Below, piece after piece: positions 26,961 through 36,517 of a stretch of DNA of 64,000 nt. This DNA is from Nanobdellota archaeon. GTDB taxonomy: Archaea; Nanobdellota; Nanobdellia; Pacearchaeales; GW2011-AR1. The translations under genes and the position numbers were made by a program. The stretch covers positions 24,765 to 88,764 of the forward strand of contig JAUWPB010000001.1 in NCBI GenBank assembly GCA_030611805.1, written 5' to 3'. The notes under the pieces were generated by a model, which saw only the letters and a list, made by a program, of their open reading frames with translations, was not told the origin of the DNA and ran no database searches. Within the stretch, counting starts at the first letter, position 1, and each line of letters opens with the position of its first letter.

Positions 26961-27459
26961 CACCTCTTTTTTTTCATTCTTCTTGTATAACACTCAAGAA
27001 CAAGAATCTTTAAAGAAAATTTTAAAAGAGTTTTATGTAGAAGTATGCCCCAAGGTTCATAAAGAAATTAATAATTATGTTCCTGAAGATATTGAAAAAG
27101 AATTACATTTTTTCAACGATGAATTAGACTTTTCTGGATTGCTGAAACCACTTTTTTCAGAAGAACAAATAGAAAAAGGAGAACATGGGGTGATTGTATT
27201 AGCTTATTTTAATTATAATCTTGGAATTAAAGAATTTATAATCGTCCTCGATGACAAAGGAGCAAGAAGTTTTATGAAAAATAATTTTTCATATCTTGAA
27301 ATTCTTACTAAATGGACTGCAGAATTTATAAAATATTGTTATCCCAAAATATTTAATAAAGAACAAATATTAGATTTGTTAGATAAAATGGATAAATCAA
27401 CCTTTGCTATTGATAAGGATTCACTAAATAAAATCATTCAGGAAATCCAAAATGAGTGA
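26935..27459 (+). CDS. PIN-domain nuclease (candidate toxin)
   Basis: Acidic quartet placement: LIPDTSFF (D), EHGVIVLAY (E), IIVLDDKGARSF (D-D). Confidence 0.5.
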   Translation: MQKEKLIPDTSFFSFFLYNTQEQESLKKILKEFYVEVCPKVHKEINNYVPEDIEKELHFFNDELDFSGLLKPLFSEEQIEKGEHGVIVLAYFNYNLGIKEFIIVLDDKGARSFMKNNFSYLEILTKWTAEFIKYCYPKIFNKEQILDLLDKMDKSTFAIDKDSLNKIIQEIQNE

Positions 27460-28621
27460 TATTAATATTATTGAAACCATCCAAGATAAAAACTCTTTTT
27501 TTAATATAAAAAGATTCTCCCTTAAAAATCTTGGAAAAGATTTTTCTATCAAAACAATGGATATAAATAATATAACTAAAAAAATTTTTGAGGACAGTAA
27601 GATAATAAAAAATAAAAATATTATATTTGAGAAGAGTAAAATAATAAAAGATTTTAAAAATATAAAAGGGGTTATGGATGAAAGTAATGACTCTAAAATA
27701 AATGATTTTTTTGGTAGGAAAGCTTGGTTAGATGATAAATTTACATTATTCCATGCAACATTGAAATTTAATCCTTATAATTATATAAAAAAAGTTGATG
27801 AAATAAGTGGTTTCTTAAATTATTATTATTCTCATTCTAAATATCTCGTTTTGATTCCTAATGTTTTAAAACATTTCACTCCATATGATGAAGAAGGGAG
27901 GGCATCAAAGACAAAGACAGAAGTTATTTCTATAAATCATTACATAAAGTTAATAGATGAATTATATGAATTTTTTGAACAGATGAATAATAAACCCATC
28001 TTTGTCCCACTCTCACTAAAATTATCAATGAATGAATTAACAGAATTAGTGAGACACTATCTAAAAAAAGAAAGATTTTATTTTTGGATAGATTTTGAAT
28101 CTGCACCTGCTAATTTATCTAATGCTACTCTTGGGGGTAAGATTGGTCAGATTAATCGTTTATTAAGAAATTCTAAACAATTTGATAAAATGATTCTCCT
28201 CGCCACAAATATCAAGAGAGAAATAATCTCCAATTCCAAAGATAATAAAAGCCCTGCCTCTGATATTTTAACCACATTATGTGGTGCTAACATTGTTGGT
28301 GTTGATAGAGACCCTGCAAGGATGTTTAAAATAAAGGAAGGAGAAAAACAAAAGATTATAGAACATAAATCAAGACTTTTTAATGAGCAAACATATTATT
28401 ATAATATAAGGAAAGAACAGAAACCAAACAAGCCTCTTAATGTTACTATAAATTCAGTTAAACTATCAACTGAATTTGATAATCAAAAAAAGAATTTCTT
28501 AAAAGAATCTGGAATTTCAGATTACTTAAAAACAAAAGATATGCTAAAAAATTATTTGGGGGGAAAGATATTAAGGTCTCTACAACCAAGTATAAAAGAG
28601 TTCCAAAAAAAACTTTTCTAA
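27452..28621 (+). CDS. Hypothetical 389-aa protein, last gene of RHH-Panacea-PIN operon
   Basis: ORF track; start overlaps PIN gene stop; no recognisable motif by eye. Confidence 0.4.
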   Translation: MSDINIIETIQDKNSFFNIKRFSLKNLGKDFSIKTMDINNITKKIFEDSKIIKNKNIIFEKSKIIKDFKNIKGVMDESNDSKINDFFGRKAWLDDKFTLFHATLKFNPYNYIKKVDEISGFLNYYYSHSKYLVLIPNVLKHFTPYDEEGRASKTKTEVISINHYIKLIDELYEFFEQMNNKPIFVPLSLKLSMNELTELVRHYLKKERFYFWIDFESAPANLSNATLGGKIGQINRLLRNSKQFDKMILLATNIKREIISNSKDNKSPASDILTTLCGANIVGVDRDPARMFKIKEGEKQKIIEHKSRLFNEQTYYYNIRKEQKPNKPLNVTINSVKLSTEFDNQKKNFLKESGISDYLKTKDMLKNYLGGKILRSLQPSIKEFQKKLF

Positions 28622-28622
28622 A

Positions 28623-28781
28623 TTATCCTTTTGTCAAATAAATTTTATCCTTCTCTGCTTCAGCTTTAAGTTGCTTACCTTCTAATTTTGATTTCTCCAC
28701 AGCTTCCTTAGGCAAAGTCACAATATATTTGTAATACTTAGTATCCTTCACCTTTTTTGACAATACCTTAATAATCTTCAT
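28623..28781 (-). CDS. AbrB/MazE/SpoVT-like swapped-hairpin DNA-binding protein (52 aa)
   Basis: Hand-translated MKIIKVLSKKVKDTKYYKYIVTLPKEAVEKSKLEGKQLKAEAEKDKIYLTKG; pattern ...ItLPKe..ekl.l.eG..l..e.e.dkiyL.k; convergent with 389-aa gene. Confidence 0.4.
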   Translation of the reverse strand: MKIIKVLSKKVKDTKYYKYIVTLPKEAVEKSKLEGKQLKAEAEKDKIYLTKG

Positions 28782-29213
28782 AAAATAATAAGGTACCGAT
28801 TATTTATAAAGCTTATGGTACCTGAAGGAAGAAATATAAGTAATGAAAAACATATGTTAAAATGAGAAAATCAATATCAAAAAGTTTTGGAAGAGCTAAG
28901 TTTAAGGTAGGAATAAGTAAAACATTAAGCCCATATGCTATGGTAAGACTTAAGATTTCTAAAAATACTTCTGCTTCTGCCGATACAGGATTTAAAGGAA
29001 ATAGAATAAGAGTTAGTGCATGGAAAGATAATCTCAAGGCTACATTAGAACATAATAAAACTACAAAACAGACTAAAATAAAAGTTGATAATAAAAAAGC
29101 ACACTATTAGACTTTTTTAACAAGAGCTACTTATTTAACAAAGCCAAACACAAGAAAAACCTTAAAAACCTTCTTTTTCTTGGATTAATTAATAAGGAAT
29201 ATTAAAAAATAAA

Positions 29214-29375
29214 ATGGCTAAAATTCCAGAAGCGCAAAACAGATTGTTTAAGAATATTTTTGTCTGCAAAAAATGCCAGAGCAAGATTAGAGCAGACCCT
29301 CAAAAGATTCTCAAAGGCAAAGTGAAATGCAGGAAATGTAAGAAAAAAGCATTTAGACCTTTGAAAAAGAAATAG
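29214..29375 (+). CDS. rpl40e: Ribosomal protein L40e
   Basis: Hand-translated MAKIPEAQNRLFKNIFVCKKCQSKIRADPQKILKGKVKCRKCKKKAFRPLKKK (FPEA..R.F...C..C...C.KC...RP pattern); missed by track. Confidence 0.7.
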   Translation: MAKIPEAQNRLFKNIFVCKKCQSKIRADPQKILKGKVKCRKCKKKAFRPLKKK

Positions 29376-29409
29376 TTTTTTAAACAATCCTTTTCAATAA
29401 TTAATAGAA

Positions 29410-30891
29410 GTGATTAAAATGAATTTAAGTTTTTTTACCCCCTATGTAATTTTTGACCTGGCTCTTTTAATTATATTGCTTGTGTTATTAATTTTGTTTC
29501 TTAAGAGAAATAAATCTAATTTAAAACAAGAAGGAATTTTCTATTTGTATAAAACCAGCTGGGGCATAAAACTTATTAATATAATTGGTAATAAATACAA
29601 AAGAACTCTGAAATTTTTGAGTTATGTTTCTATTGTTTTAGGTTATTTTTTAATGGCAGGAATTTTATATTTAATCGGGAATACTTTTTGGAGTTATCTG
29701 ACAAGACCGGAAATGGTGGAATTGATTAGGGCGCCGCCTTTAGCCCCGCTGATTCCTTATTTTCCTGCAATATTTGGGTTGAGTGATTTTTTCCCTCCAC
29801 TATATGCTGTTTATTTTATTGTAGCTATTTTAATTGTTGCAACTGTCCATGAATTTTCACATGGAATTTTTGCCAAAAGATATGGGGTAAAAATAAAATC
29901 AACTGGTTTTGCTTTTTTAAAATATTTCCCAGTTATTTTGGGAGCATTTGTGGAACAAGATGAAAAAGACATGACAAAAAGAAAAAAATTTGAGCAGATG
30001 TCAATTTTATCTGCAGGGGTTTTTGCAAATGTTTTGATTGGGATTATATTTTTTATCATTTTAATTGGGTATTTTAATTTTGCTTTTACAGCTTCGGGAT
30101 TTGTCCCAAATAGTTATGCTTATTCGCTTGTTGAAATTTCCACAATAACTTTTGTTAATGGTCTTGCTTTGGAAAAACCCTCTTATAATACTTTGATTGC
30201 ATCAGTAGAAAATTTAAAAGAAAATGAAACAGACTTCATTAAAATTAAAACTGATGAGAAAGAATATTTGGCCACAAAAGTTTTTTTAGGAGTTCAAAAT
30301 CAGAGTAAAAACTATATTGCTCTTTATGAAGATGCTCCTGCAATAAATGCAGGGTTAGAGGGATTTATAGTCGGGATAAACAATGTTAAAATAACAGATG
30401 TGGAAAGTTTAAGCAATGAGTTAAATAAATATTCTCCCGGAGAGAAAATTATTGTCAGAACAAGAGATGACGGGCATTTTGAAGAATATGGAATCATCTT
30501 GGGAGAAAATCCTTCTGATAAAAATTTGCCATATATTGGCATATCTTTTGTAAAAGAGCGAAATTTTATTTTAAAAGAAAGTGCTCATTTTTTCACATCA
30601 CTTAAATCTAAGAATTTATATTTTAAAGAGAATACTTATTATCAGGCAAAATTTGGATTTTCTGAATTTGGTTATTATTTGATTTGGTGGATTGTTTTAA
30701 TTAACATTTTAGTTGCTTTATTCAACATGTTGCCGTTGGGAATGCTGGACGGAGGAAGGTTTTTTTATCTGAGTATTTGGAAAATTACCGGCTCTGAAAA
30801 ATTTGCTAAAAAATCTTTTTCATTTTTGACTTATTTAATTTTATTTGGATTTGTAGCACTTATGGTTAAATGGGCTTTGAGCTTTTTTTAA
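29410..30891 (+). CDS. Site-2 protease (M50 family) with PDZ domain
   Basis: HEFSHG zinc motif in TM helix, LDGG motif near C-terminus, internal PDZ-like region. Confidence 0.7.
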   Translation: MIKMNLSFFTPYVIFDLALLIILLVLLILFLKRNKSNLKQEGIFYLYKTSWGIKLINIIGNKYKRTLKFLSYVSIVLGYFLMAGILYLIGNTFWSYLTRPEMVELIRAPPLAPLIPYFPAIFGLSDFFPPLYAVYFIVAILIVATVHEFSHGIFAKRYGVKIKSTGFAFLKYFPVILGAFVEQDEKDMTKRKKFEQMSILSAGVFANVLIGIIFFIILIGYFNFAFTASGFVPNSYAYSLVEISTITFVNGLALEKPSYNTLIASVENLKENETDFIKIKTDEKEYLATKVFLGVQNQSKNYIALYEDAPAINAGLEGFIVGINNVKITDVESLSNELNKYSPGEKIIVRTRDDGHFEEYGIILGENPSDKNLPYIGISFVKERNFILKESAHFFTSLKSKNLYFKENTYYQAKFGFSEFGYYLIWWIVLINILVALFNMLPLGMLDGGRFFYLSIWKITGSEKFAKKSFSFLTYLILFGFVALMVKWALSFF

Positions 30892-30955
30892 ATTAGAAAA
30901 AGAAGTAATTTTGACATGGAGCAAACTTTAAAACCCTTCTCTTATTTTTATTTTT

Positions 30956-31951
30956 ATGATACCTGAAAAAATAAAAAAAATTTTAAGTAAACAACATTAT
31001 GAAATTACTGGGGAGCATTCGGCGGTTCAGATTTGCAGATGGACAAAAAAATCTCTCCGAAACGAGGGAGTTTGTTACAAAGAGCAGTTTTATGGAATTA
31101 AAGCTCACTTATGCTGTCAAATGACTCCTGCTGTAATGTGGTGTCCGAATAAATGTGTGCATTGTTGGAGAGCTATTGAGTTAACTATCGGACATGAGTT
31201 AAAAGAAAATATTGACTCTCCTAAAAAAATTATTGATGGATGTATTAAAGCGCAGAGGAAATTATTAATTGGTTTTAAGATTGACAAAAAAAGCAAGAAA
31301 AAGCAATTAAGTAAAGCAGACCAGAAAAAATATGAAGAAGCTCAGGAACCAATGCAGTTTGCGATTTCATTATCTGGTGAGCCGACAATCTATCCTTTAA
31401 TTGGAGATTTAATTGCAGAGCTTAGAAAGAGAGGTAAAACAAGTTTTCTTGTGACAAACGGGCTTTATCCAGAGAAGATAAAAGAAATTGCTGAAAAAAA
31501 TCAGCTTCCTACTCATCTTTATGTTTCTGTTAATACTTCAAATAAAAAACTTTATGATAAATTTCACAGGAGTTCTAAGGAAGATGCTTGGGAAAAGTTG
31601 AATGAAACTTTGGGATTAATGGGAAATCTCAAATGCAGGACTGTTTTTAGAATGAATCTTGTTAGGGATTTGAATATGAATGATGAGCATGTTAAAGAAT
31701 ATGCAGAGTTGATTAAAAAATCTTCGCCAATGTTTATTGAGATAAAAGGATTTATGAGTGTTGGTTTTGCAAGGCAGAGATTGGGTTATGATAGAATGCC
31801 TACGCATGAAGAGATGCGAGAGTTTTCTGAAAAGTTAGTTGGAGAATTAAAAAAACAAGGATATAAAATTCTTGATGAGAAAATTGAAAGCAGGGTTTTG
31901 GTTTTGGGTAAGGATAAAAAAGAGTTGAAAATTAAAGAAGGGGAGATTTAA
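30956..31951 (+). CDS. taw1: tRNA 4-demethylwyosine synthase Taw1 (TYW1 homolog, radical SAM)
   Basis: GEHSAVQICRWTKKSLRNEGVCYKEQFYGIKAHLCCQMTP...CPNKCVHCWR. Confidence 0.7.
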   Translation: MIPEKIKKILSKQHYEITGEHSAVQICRWTKKSLRNEGVCYKEQFYGIKAHLCCQMTPAVMWCPNKCVHCWRAIELTIGHELKENIDSPKKIIDGCIKAQRKLLIGFKIDKKSKKKQLSKADQKKYEEAQEPMQFAISLSGEPTIYPLIGDLIAELRKRGKTSFLVTNGLYPEKIKEIAEKNQLPTHLYVSVNTSNKKLYDKFHRSSKEDAWEKLNETLGLMGNLKCRTVFRMNLVRDLNMNDEHVKEYAELIKKSSPMFIEIKGFMSVGFARQRLGYDRMPTHEEMREFSEKLVGELKKQGYKILDEKIESRVLVLGKDKKELKIKEGEI

Positions 31952-32003
31952 TATTCTTGGCATAGTAATTGAAATTCTCTAAAACCCAGTATCATGAATA
32001 TCG

Positions 32004-32291
32004 CTATGCCAACAAAATTCCTTCTTCTTTAGATTTACTTCCCAAATCTTCTGCAGATTTCAATTTGCCGAAATAACCAATATCTTGTAAATCTTTTCTG
32101 TATTTTTGCTCCATTTCTCTAACGCAATCTATAGAATCTTTTAATCCAATTCCTAAATTTAATCTTGCGTTTTTCATTAATTCTACTTTATTAGGAATTG
32201 CTCTTTCTTTTAAATATTCAGTTTCAACAAAATCATAAAGTAAATCTGCTCCTGCTTCTATATCTTCTTGCATAGTTTTTTCGGATAACAT
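32004..32291 (-). CDS. Hypothetical protein
   Basis: ORF track only. Confidence 0.3.
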   Translation of the reverse strand: MLSEKTMQEDIEAGADLLYDFVETEYLKERAIPNKVELMKNARLNLGIGLKDSIDCVREMEQKYRKDLQDIGYFGKLKSAEDLGSKSKEEGILLA

Positions 32292-32333
32292 TTTCTAATC
32301 TAATAAAGTTTATTTTTAAATATTTATGTAAAA

Positions 32334-32723
32334 TTGGGAAAAACCATTTCTCTCCTAAACATATTTAAATTAGATACATCATATTATAATATGGCTCCAA
32401 CATATGCTCGACCTAAAACTGTTCCTTTGACTAAAGAAGAAATTAAAGGCAAGTATGAAGAGATTAAAGAAGAACTGCAAGAAGTTTTGGACTGGCAAAA
32501 AGAAGAGGAAAGTAAAATTAATAATCTGGAGTTTTCGCCTCAAAAAAGAGGGGCGGCAAAAAGAGCTTTGAAAAAAGCTGCGTGGAGGATTGATACTGTT
32601 CAGGGCCAAATAATTTATTGGAGTTGTAGATTAAAAGGCGAGAGTCATTTTAAAGCAAATATTGAGAAGAATGAATATTGGGCGAAGTGTAAGGAGAAAA
32701 AGATTGAAATTAACCTAAGGTAA
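32334..32723 (+). CDS. Hypothetical protein
   Basis: ORF track only. Confidence 0.3.
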   Translation: MGKTISLLNIFKLDTSYYNMAPTYARPKTVPLTKEEIKGKYEEIKEELQEVLDWQKEEESKINNLEFSPQKRGAAKRALKKAAWRIDTVQGQIIYWSCRLKGESHFKANIEKNEYWAKCKEKKIEINLR

Positions 32724-32759
32724 ATTGCTTATTGGAAGTTTAAGTAGAAAAAAATTATA

Positions 32760-33016
32760 AATTTCTATTGGTACCTTGCTTATTTCTGAGTCCTTTTCAG
32801 AAGAAGGTGGCACCTCCCCATTATGTAAAATACATTCTTCTAATTGGTTCTTTCTCAATTTTTCTCTTACTAAATCAACACATTCTGGCCAAAAATCTTT
32901 TGCACTTCTTGGGGTAGGAGTACTACCAGAATAAATAAATTTCCCATTAAGCTCTAATAGATACCATGACCTGTTCCATTGCCATAAGTATAAACATACA
33001 AATCCAAATGGTCTTT
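32760..33016 (-). pseudogene. Possible frameshifted gene fragment
   Basis: Two adjacent reading frames (MGEENSEKDHLDLYVYTYGNGTGHGIY* and ...LLELNGKFIYSGSTPTPRSAKDFWPECVDLVREKLRKNQLEECILHNGEVPP...) with no start in the longer frame. Confidence 0.2.
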
Positions 33017-33038
33017 TTCTGAATTTTCTTCTCCCATT

Positions 33039-33389
33039 TTACAAATCAATAACCCCTTCTTTTGTTAATGCTGCAAACCTGATTCCAACTGGGAGATTAA
33101 TTAAAGAAGAAATTAAAGCCATGTGTTGTTTGCCGTCGCCAGATGCAAGACTTAATGCAACTTCTGTTCCGTTAAATTTTCCTTTAAGTTTTATTGAAAA
33201 TTCATCTTTTAATTCTTTTAATTTTTTGTCTAAATCAACTTTGATAAATTCAAATTCTTTTTCATGCTTGAAACTTTCTGCAAAATCTCCTCCAAGAAGA
33301 ATCACTTTATCCCATTCTCCGTGTTTCATTAATCCAGAGACCTGTGCCCAGGTTCCTTTTCCTGTTGAGAGTAGTGCTACTAATTCCAT
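33039..33389 (-). CDS. Hypothetical protein
   Basis: ORF track only. Confidence 0.3.
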   Translation of the reverse strand: MELVALLSTGKGTWAQVSGLMKHGEWDKVILLGGDFAESFKHEKEFEFIKVDLDKKLKELKDEFSIKLKGKFNGTEVALSLASGDGKQHMALISSLINLPVGIRFAALTKEGVIDL

Positions 33390-33536
33390 ATCGGGATAAA
33401 ATTAATTTTGTTTTTAAGGATTATTGTGGTAAGAAAGTTTTATAAATGATTAATTTTTTGTAATCTTACCGTAGAACTACATCGTTGCAGAATAGTTTCT
33501 AGGTCTGTAGCGCATAATGTAGGAGGCATTAATAGA

Positions 33537-34169
33537 ATGACTGAACTTAAAGAACAATTGAAAGAAGCCTTATCTGAATTAAGAAAAGGCAAAGAAAGAA
33601 AATTTGACCAGACTGTAGACTTAATTGTGAATCTTCAAAAATTTGAGATTAAAAAAAGTCAAGTTAATTTATTTGTGAGTGTTCCGCATAAAATTAAGGA
33701 TAAAAAAATAGCAGGATTTTTAGAGTCAAAAAATAAAGATGTTGAGACAATTACTAAAGAAGAATTTAAAAAATATTCTGATAAAAAAGAGTCGAAAAAA
33801 CTTGTCAAAAAGTTTGATTTTTTTATTGCTCAGGCGAGTTTGATGCCAAAAGTTGCTACGACTTTTGGGAGGGTTTTAGGACCGGTTGGAAAAATGCCTT
33901 CTCCTCAATTAGGAATTTTATTTGATGTGAATGAAAAAGCAATAAAAGAATTAAAACAAAAAATAAACAATAGTGTAAAAATTAAAGCTAAAGAATCCAG
34001 TATAAAACTTGCGGTCGGAAAACAGAGCATGAAAGATGAAGACATTATAGAAAATATTCTTACTATTTATGATTCTATTTTAAAAGCATTGCCAAAAGAG
34101 AAAGACAATATAAAAAACATTGAAGTAAAATTCACAATGACTAAACCGGAGAAGATAGGAGTAAGATAA
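33537..34169 (+). CDS. rpl1: Ribosomal protein L1 (uL1)
   Basis: ELKEQLKEALSELRKGKERKFDQTVDLIVNL...; SD-like GGAGG 10 nt upstream. Confidence 0.85.
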   Translation: MTELKEQLKEALSELRKGKERKFDQTVDLIVNLQKFEIKKSQVNLFVSVPHKIKDKKIAGFLESKNKDVETITKEEFKKYSDKKESKKLVKKFDFFIAQASLMPKVATTFGRVLGPVGKMPSPQLGILFDVNEKAIKELKQKINNSVKIKAKESSIKLAVGKQSMKDEDIIENILTIYDSILKALPKEKDNIKNIEVKFTMTKPEKIGVR

Positions 34170-34170
34170 G

Positions 34171-34416
34171 ATGGAACAAGATCTACGGATTCATTTGGGG
34201 TATATGGATGCTTATCTAAATAATATTGGAGGTCTTGAATATACAAAGGATAATCAAAAAATGGCAAATGATTTAATTAAAAAATATTGTGCAGAAAGAG
34301 ATGGGCTTAAGGGAAGAATAAATTCAGAATTAATTGTACAAATGGATATTCAAATGCATGAGGCAATGGGGGAATGGAACAAAATGCCTGTCTCATTAGG
34401 AGGGCGTTATCGCTAA
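34171..34416 (+). CDS. Small hypothetical ORF between rpl1 and rpl10
   Basis: ORF track; ATG 1 nt after rpl1 stop; overlaps rpl10 start region; coding status uncertain. Confidence 0.25.
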   Translation: MEQDLRIHLGYMDAYLNNIGGLEYTKDNQKMANDLIKKYCAERDGLKGRINSELIVQMDIQMHEAMGEWNKMPVSLGGRYR

Positions 34417-34421
34417 TTAAA

Positions 34422-35360
34422 ATGAAACGAGAAACTCCGATACCAAAGTATAAATTAGATACAGTTAAAGAATTAGCAGAGCTTGTGAAAAATAAAAAAA
34501 CCATCCTGATTGCATCTATAAAAGACCTTCCAGCTTCGCAGTTTCAGGAAATTGGAAAAAAATTAAGAGGCAAGGCAATAGTTAAAGTTCCTAAAAAGAA
34601 TTTAATATTCAGAGCATTAGATTCTTCAGAGAATGAGGCAGTTAAAAAACTCAAAGAGCATGTTAAAGAGAGTGTTGCGATTTTGTTTTCAGATTTGGAT
34701 TGTTTTGAGCTTGCCGGAGAATTAATCAGAAGCAAAAGTCCTGCTAAAGCAAAAGCCGGGCAGGAAGCTCCGGAAGATATTGAAATTCAGGCAGGTCCAA
34801 CTGATTTAGTTCCTGGTCCGGCAATAAGTGAACTTGGAGCCCTTGGAATCCAGATTCAAATAGAAAAAGGCAAGATTCATATTAAAAATCCAAAAGTTAT
34901 TGCCAAAAAAGGTGAGAAAATTTCCGCAGGTGCAGCAAACATTATGAATAAATTAGACATAAAACCTTTTTCAATTGGGTTTGTTCCTTTGTCGGCATTT
35001 GATGTTAAAGAAGGAAAATTATATTTAGACATCAAGATAGACAGGGAGAAAACTTTAGAAGAGTTGAAAACAAGTTTTGGGAAGGCATTGGCTCTTGCTG
35101 TTGAAATTGGGTACACAACTAAAGATACAATTAACTTTTTAATTAGCAAGGCAGGAAGTCATGAAAAAGTTTTAGAGAAATTAGAAGATGAAGAAAAAGT
35201 GGAAGAAGTAAAACCAGATGAGAGTGAGGACAAAAAAGAAACAAAACCTGAAGAAAGTGAAGTGAAAAGTAATGAAGAAAAAGAAGAAATTAAAGAAACT
35301 AAAAAAGATGGAGAAGAGGATACTCAACCAGAGAATAAATCTGAGGAGGAAAATAAATAA
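34422..35360 (+). CDS. rpl10: Ribosomal protein L10 / acidic ribosomal protein P0
   Basis: [41 protein letters not shown]...; acidic K/E-rich tail; track start 34374 probably too far upstream. Confidence 0.8.
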   Translation: MKRETPIPKYKLDTVKELAELVKNKKTILIASIKDLPASQFQEIGKKLRGKAIVKVPKKNLIFRALDSSENEAVKKLKEHVKESVAILFSDLDCFELAGELIRSKSPAKAKAGQEAPEDIEIQAGPTDLVPGPAISELGALGIQIQIEKGKIHIKNPKVIAKKGEKISAGAANIMNKLDIKPFSIGFVPLSAFDVKEGKLYLDIKIDREKTLEELKTSFGKALALAVEIGYTTKDTINFLISKAGSHEKVLEKLEDEEKVEEVKPDESEDKKETKPEESEVKSNEEKEEIKETKKDGEEDTQPENKSEEENK

Positions 35361-35361
35361 A

Positions 35362-35658
35362 ATGGAATACACATACGCAGCACTCTTGTTGCATAAACTT
35401 GAAAAAGAAGTTAATGAAGGAAACATAAAAAGTGTTGTTGCAGCTGCTGGTGCAGAAGTTGATGAATCAAAAGTCAAATCTCTTGTTGCCAGTTTAAAGG
35501 GCGTTGATATAGCAAAAGAATTAGAAAGTGCTAGTTTGGTTGCTGCTGCTCCTGCTGGAGGTGCTTCTGAAGCCCCTGCAGAAAAAAAGGAAGAAGCAAA
35601 ACCAAAAGAAGAAAAGAAAGAAGCTGCAGCAGAAGGACTTAGTGCACTATTTGGATAA
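35362..35658 (+). CDS. rpl12: Ribosomal stalk protein L12 / P1
   Basis: [30 protein letters not shown]...[10 protein letters not shown]; track ORF extended upstream spuriously. Confidence 0.8.
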   Translation: MEYTYAALLLHKLEKEVNEGNIKSVVAAAGAEVDESKVKSLVASLKGVDIAKELESASLVAAAPAGGASEAPAEKKEEAKPKEEKKEAAAEGLSALFG

Positions 35659-35784
35659 TTATTAAATTTTTAATGTGCTAAGTCTTAACTTTTTCTAGAT
35701 GTGGCTGGAGATAGTTTTAAAAATGTTTAATTTCTAAAAATATAAGAGGTGTGGTGCCTCAGAGCCTAATTCTGGGAAATTAAA

Positions 35785-36471
35785 ATGAAAAATCCATCAA
35801 TCATTTATCCTTTATGGGACGAAAGAGCTAAACCCGGGAGAGATGCAACTAGAATTATTGGAGAATCTACAGGATTGGGAAACATAGTTAGAGGAATAAA
35901 GTTAAGAAAAACCTTGCTTTACTTTGTTTTGGGGAAAGAGAAAAATATTTCTGAAGATTTTTTGAGGGAATTTAAAAAAAGTTCTTCTCAGGAATTATGT
36001 TTAGAAGGATATTCTCTAAAAAAGAATGCAAGAGTATTTAGGAACGCTTTTCTTAAGGAAAAAGGGCGAAGAATATATAGAGATGCCCCATATCAATTTA
36101 TACTAAAAAAAGACAAAAAATTTATTTCTAATATTGGTTTTATTCCCTTTAGAAAATTTATTTTGATCCAACAAATACAAGGAGTATATAAGAGTAAAAA
36201 AGCATTGGCTCCAATTAAGTGGAGTAAAATGTTAGTGAGAATTGTGACAAACTGGGCAGAAGAGTTTGGTATAGAAAATGTATGCATCCTTCCCTCCTCA
36301 AGAAATAGATGGGATAGAGTTAATGGGCAGACTGAACGTAGGAAATTAATTTATGATGTGACTGCAAAAAGAGAGGGTTTTAGATACGATCCGAGATTAA
36401 AAGTATATGTAAAGAATCTTCAACAAACTTCAGTTGATAATTATGGCCTCCAAGCACTTATTAAAAAATAA
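35785..36471 (+). CDS. Hypothetical protein
   Basis: ORF track only. Confidence 0.3.
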   Translation: MKNPSIIYPLWDERAKPGRDATRIIGESTGLGNIVRGIKLRKTLLYFVLGKEKNISEDFLREFKKSSSQELCLEGYSLKKNARVFRNAFLKEKGRRIYRDAPYQFILKKDKKFISNIGFIPFRKFILIQQIQGVYKSKKALAPIKWSKMLVRIVTNWAEEFGIENVCILPSSRNRWDRVNGQTERRKLIYDVTAKREGFRYDPRLKVYVKNLQQTSVDNYGLQALIKK

Positions 36472-36517
36472 TTCCAAAAATTTATAACCCTCAAACTTTT
36501 TCTCTCCACATCTTAAA

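Noticed and set aside
35272-35361. N-terminal K-rich extension of L12 in the track ORF
   Set aside because: The extension lies within the rpl10 tail in another frame. The conserved L12 start [10 protein letters not shown] at 35362 follows the rpl10 stop directly.
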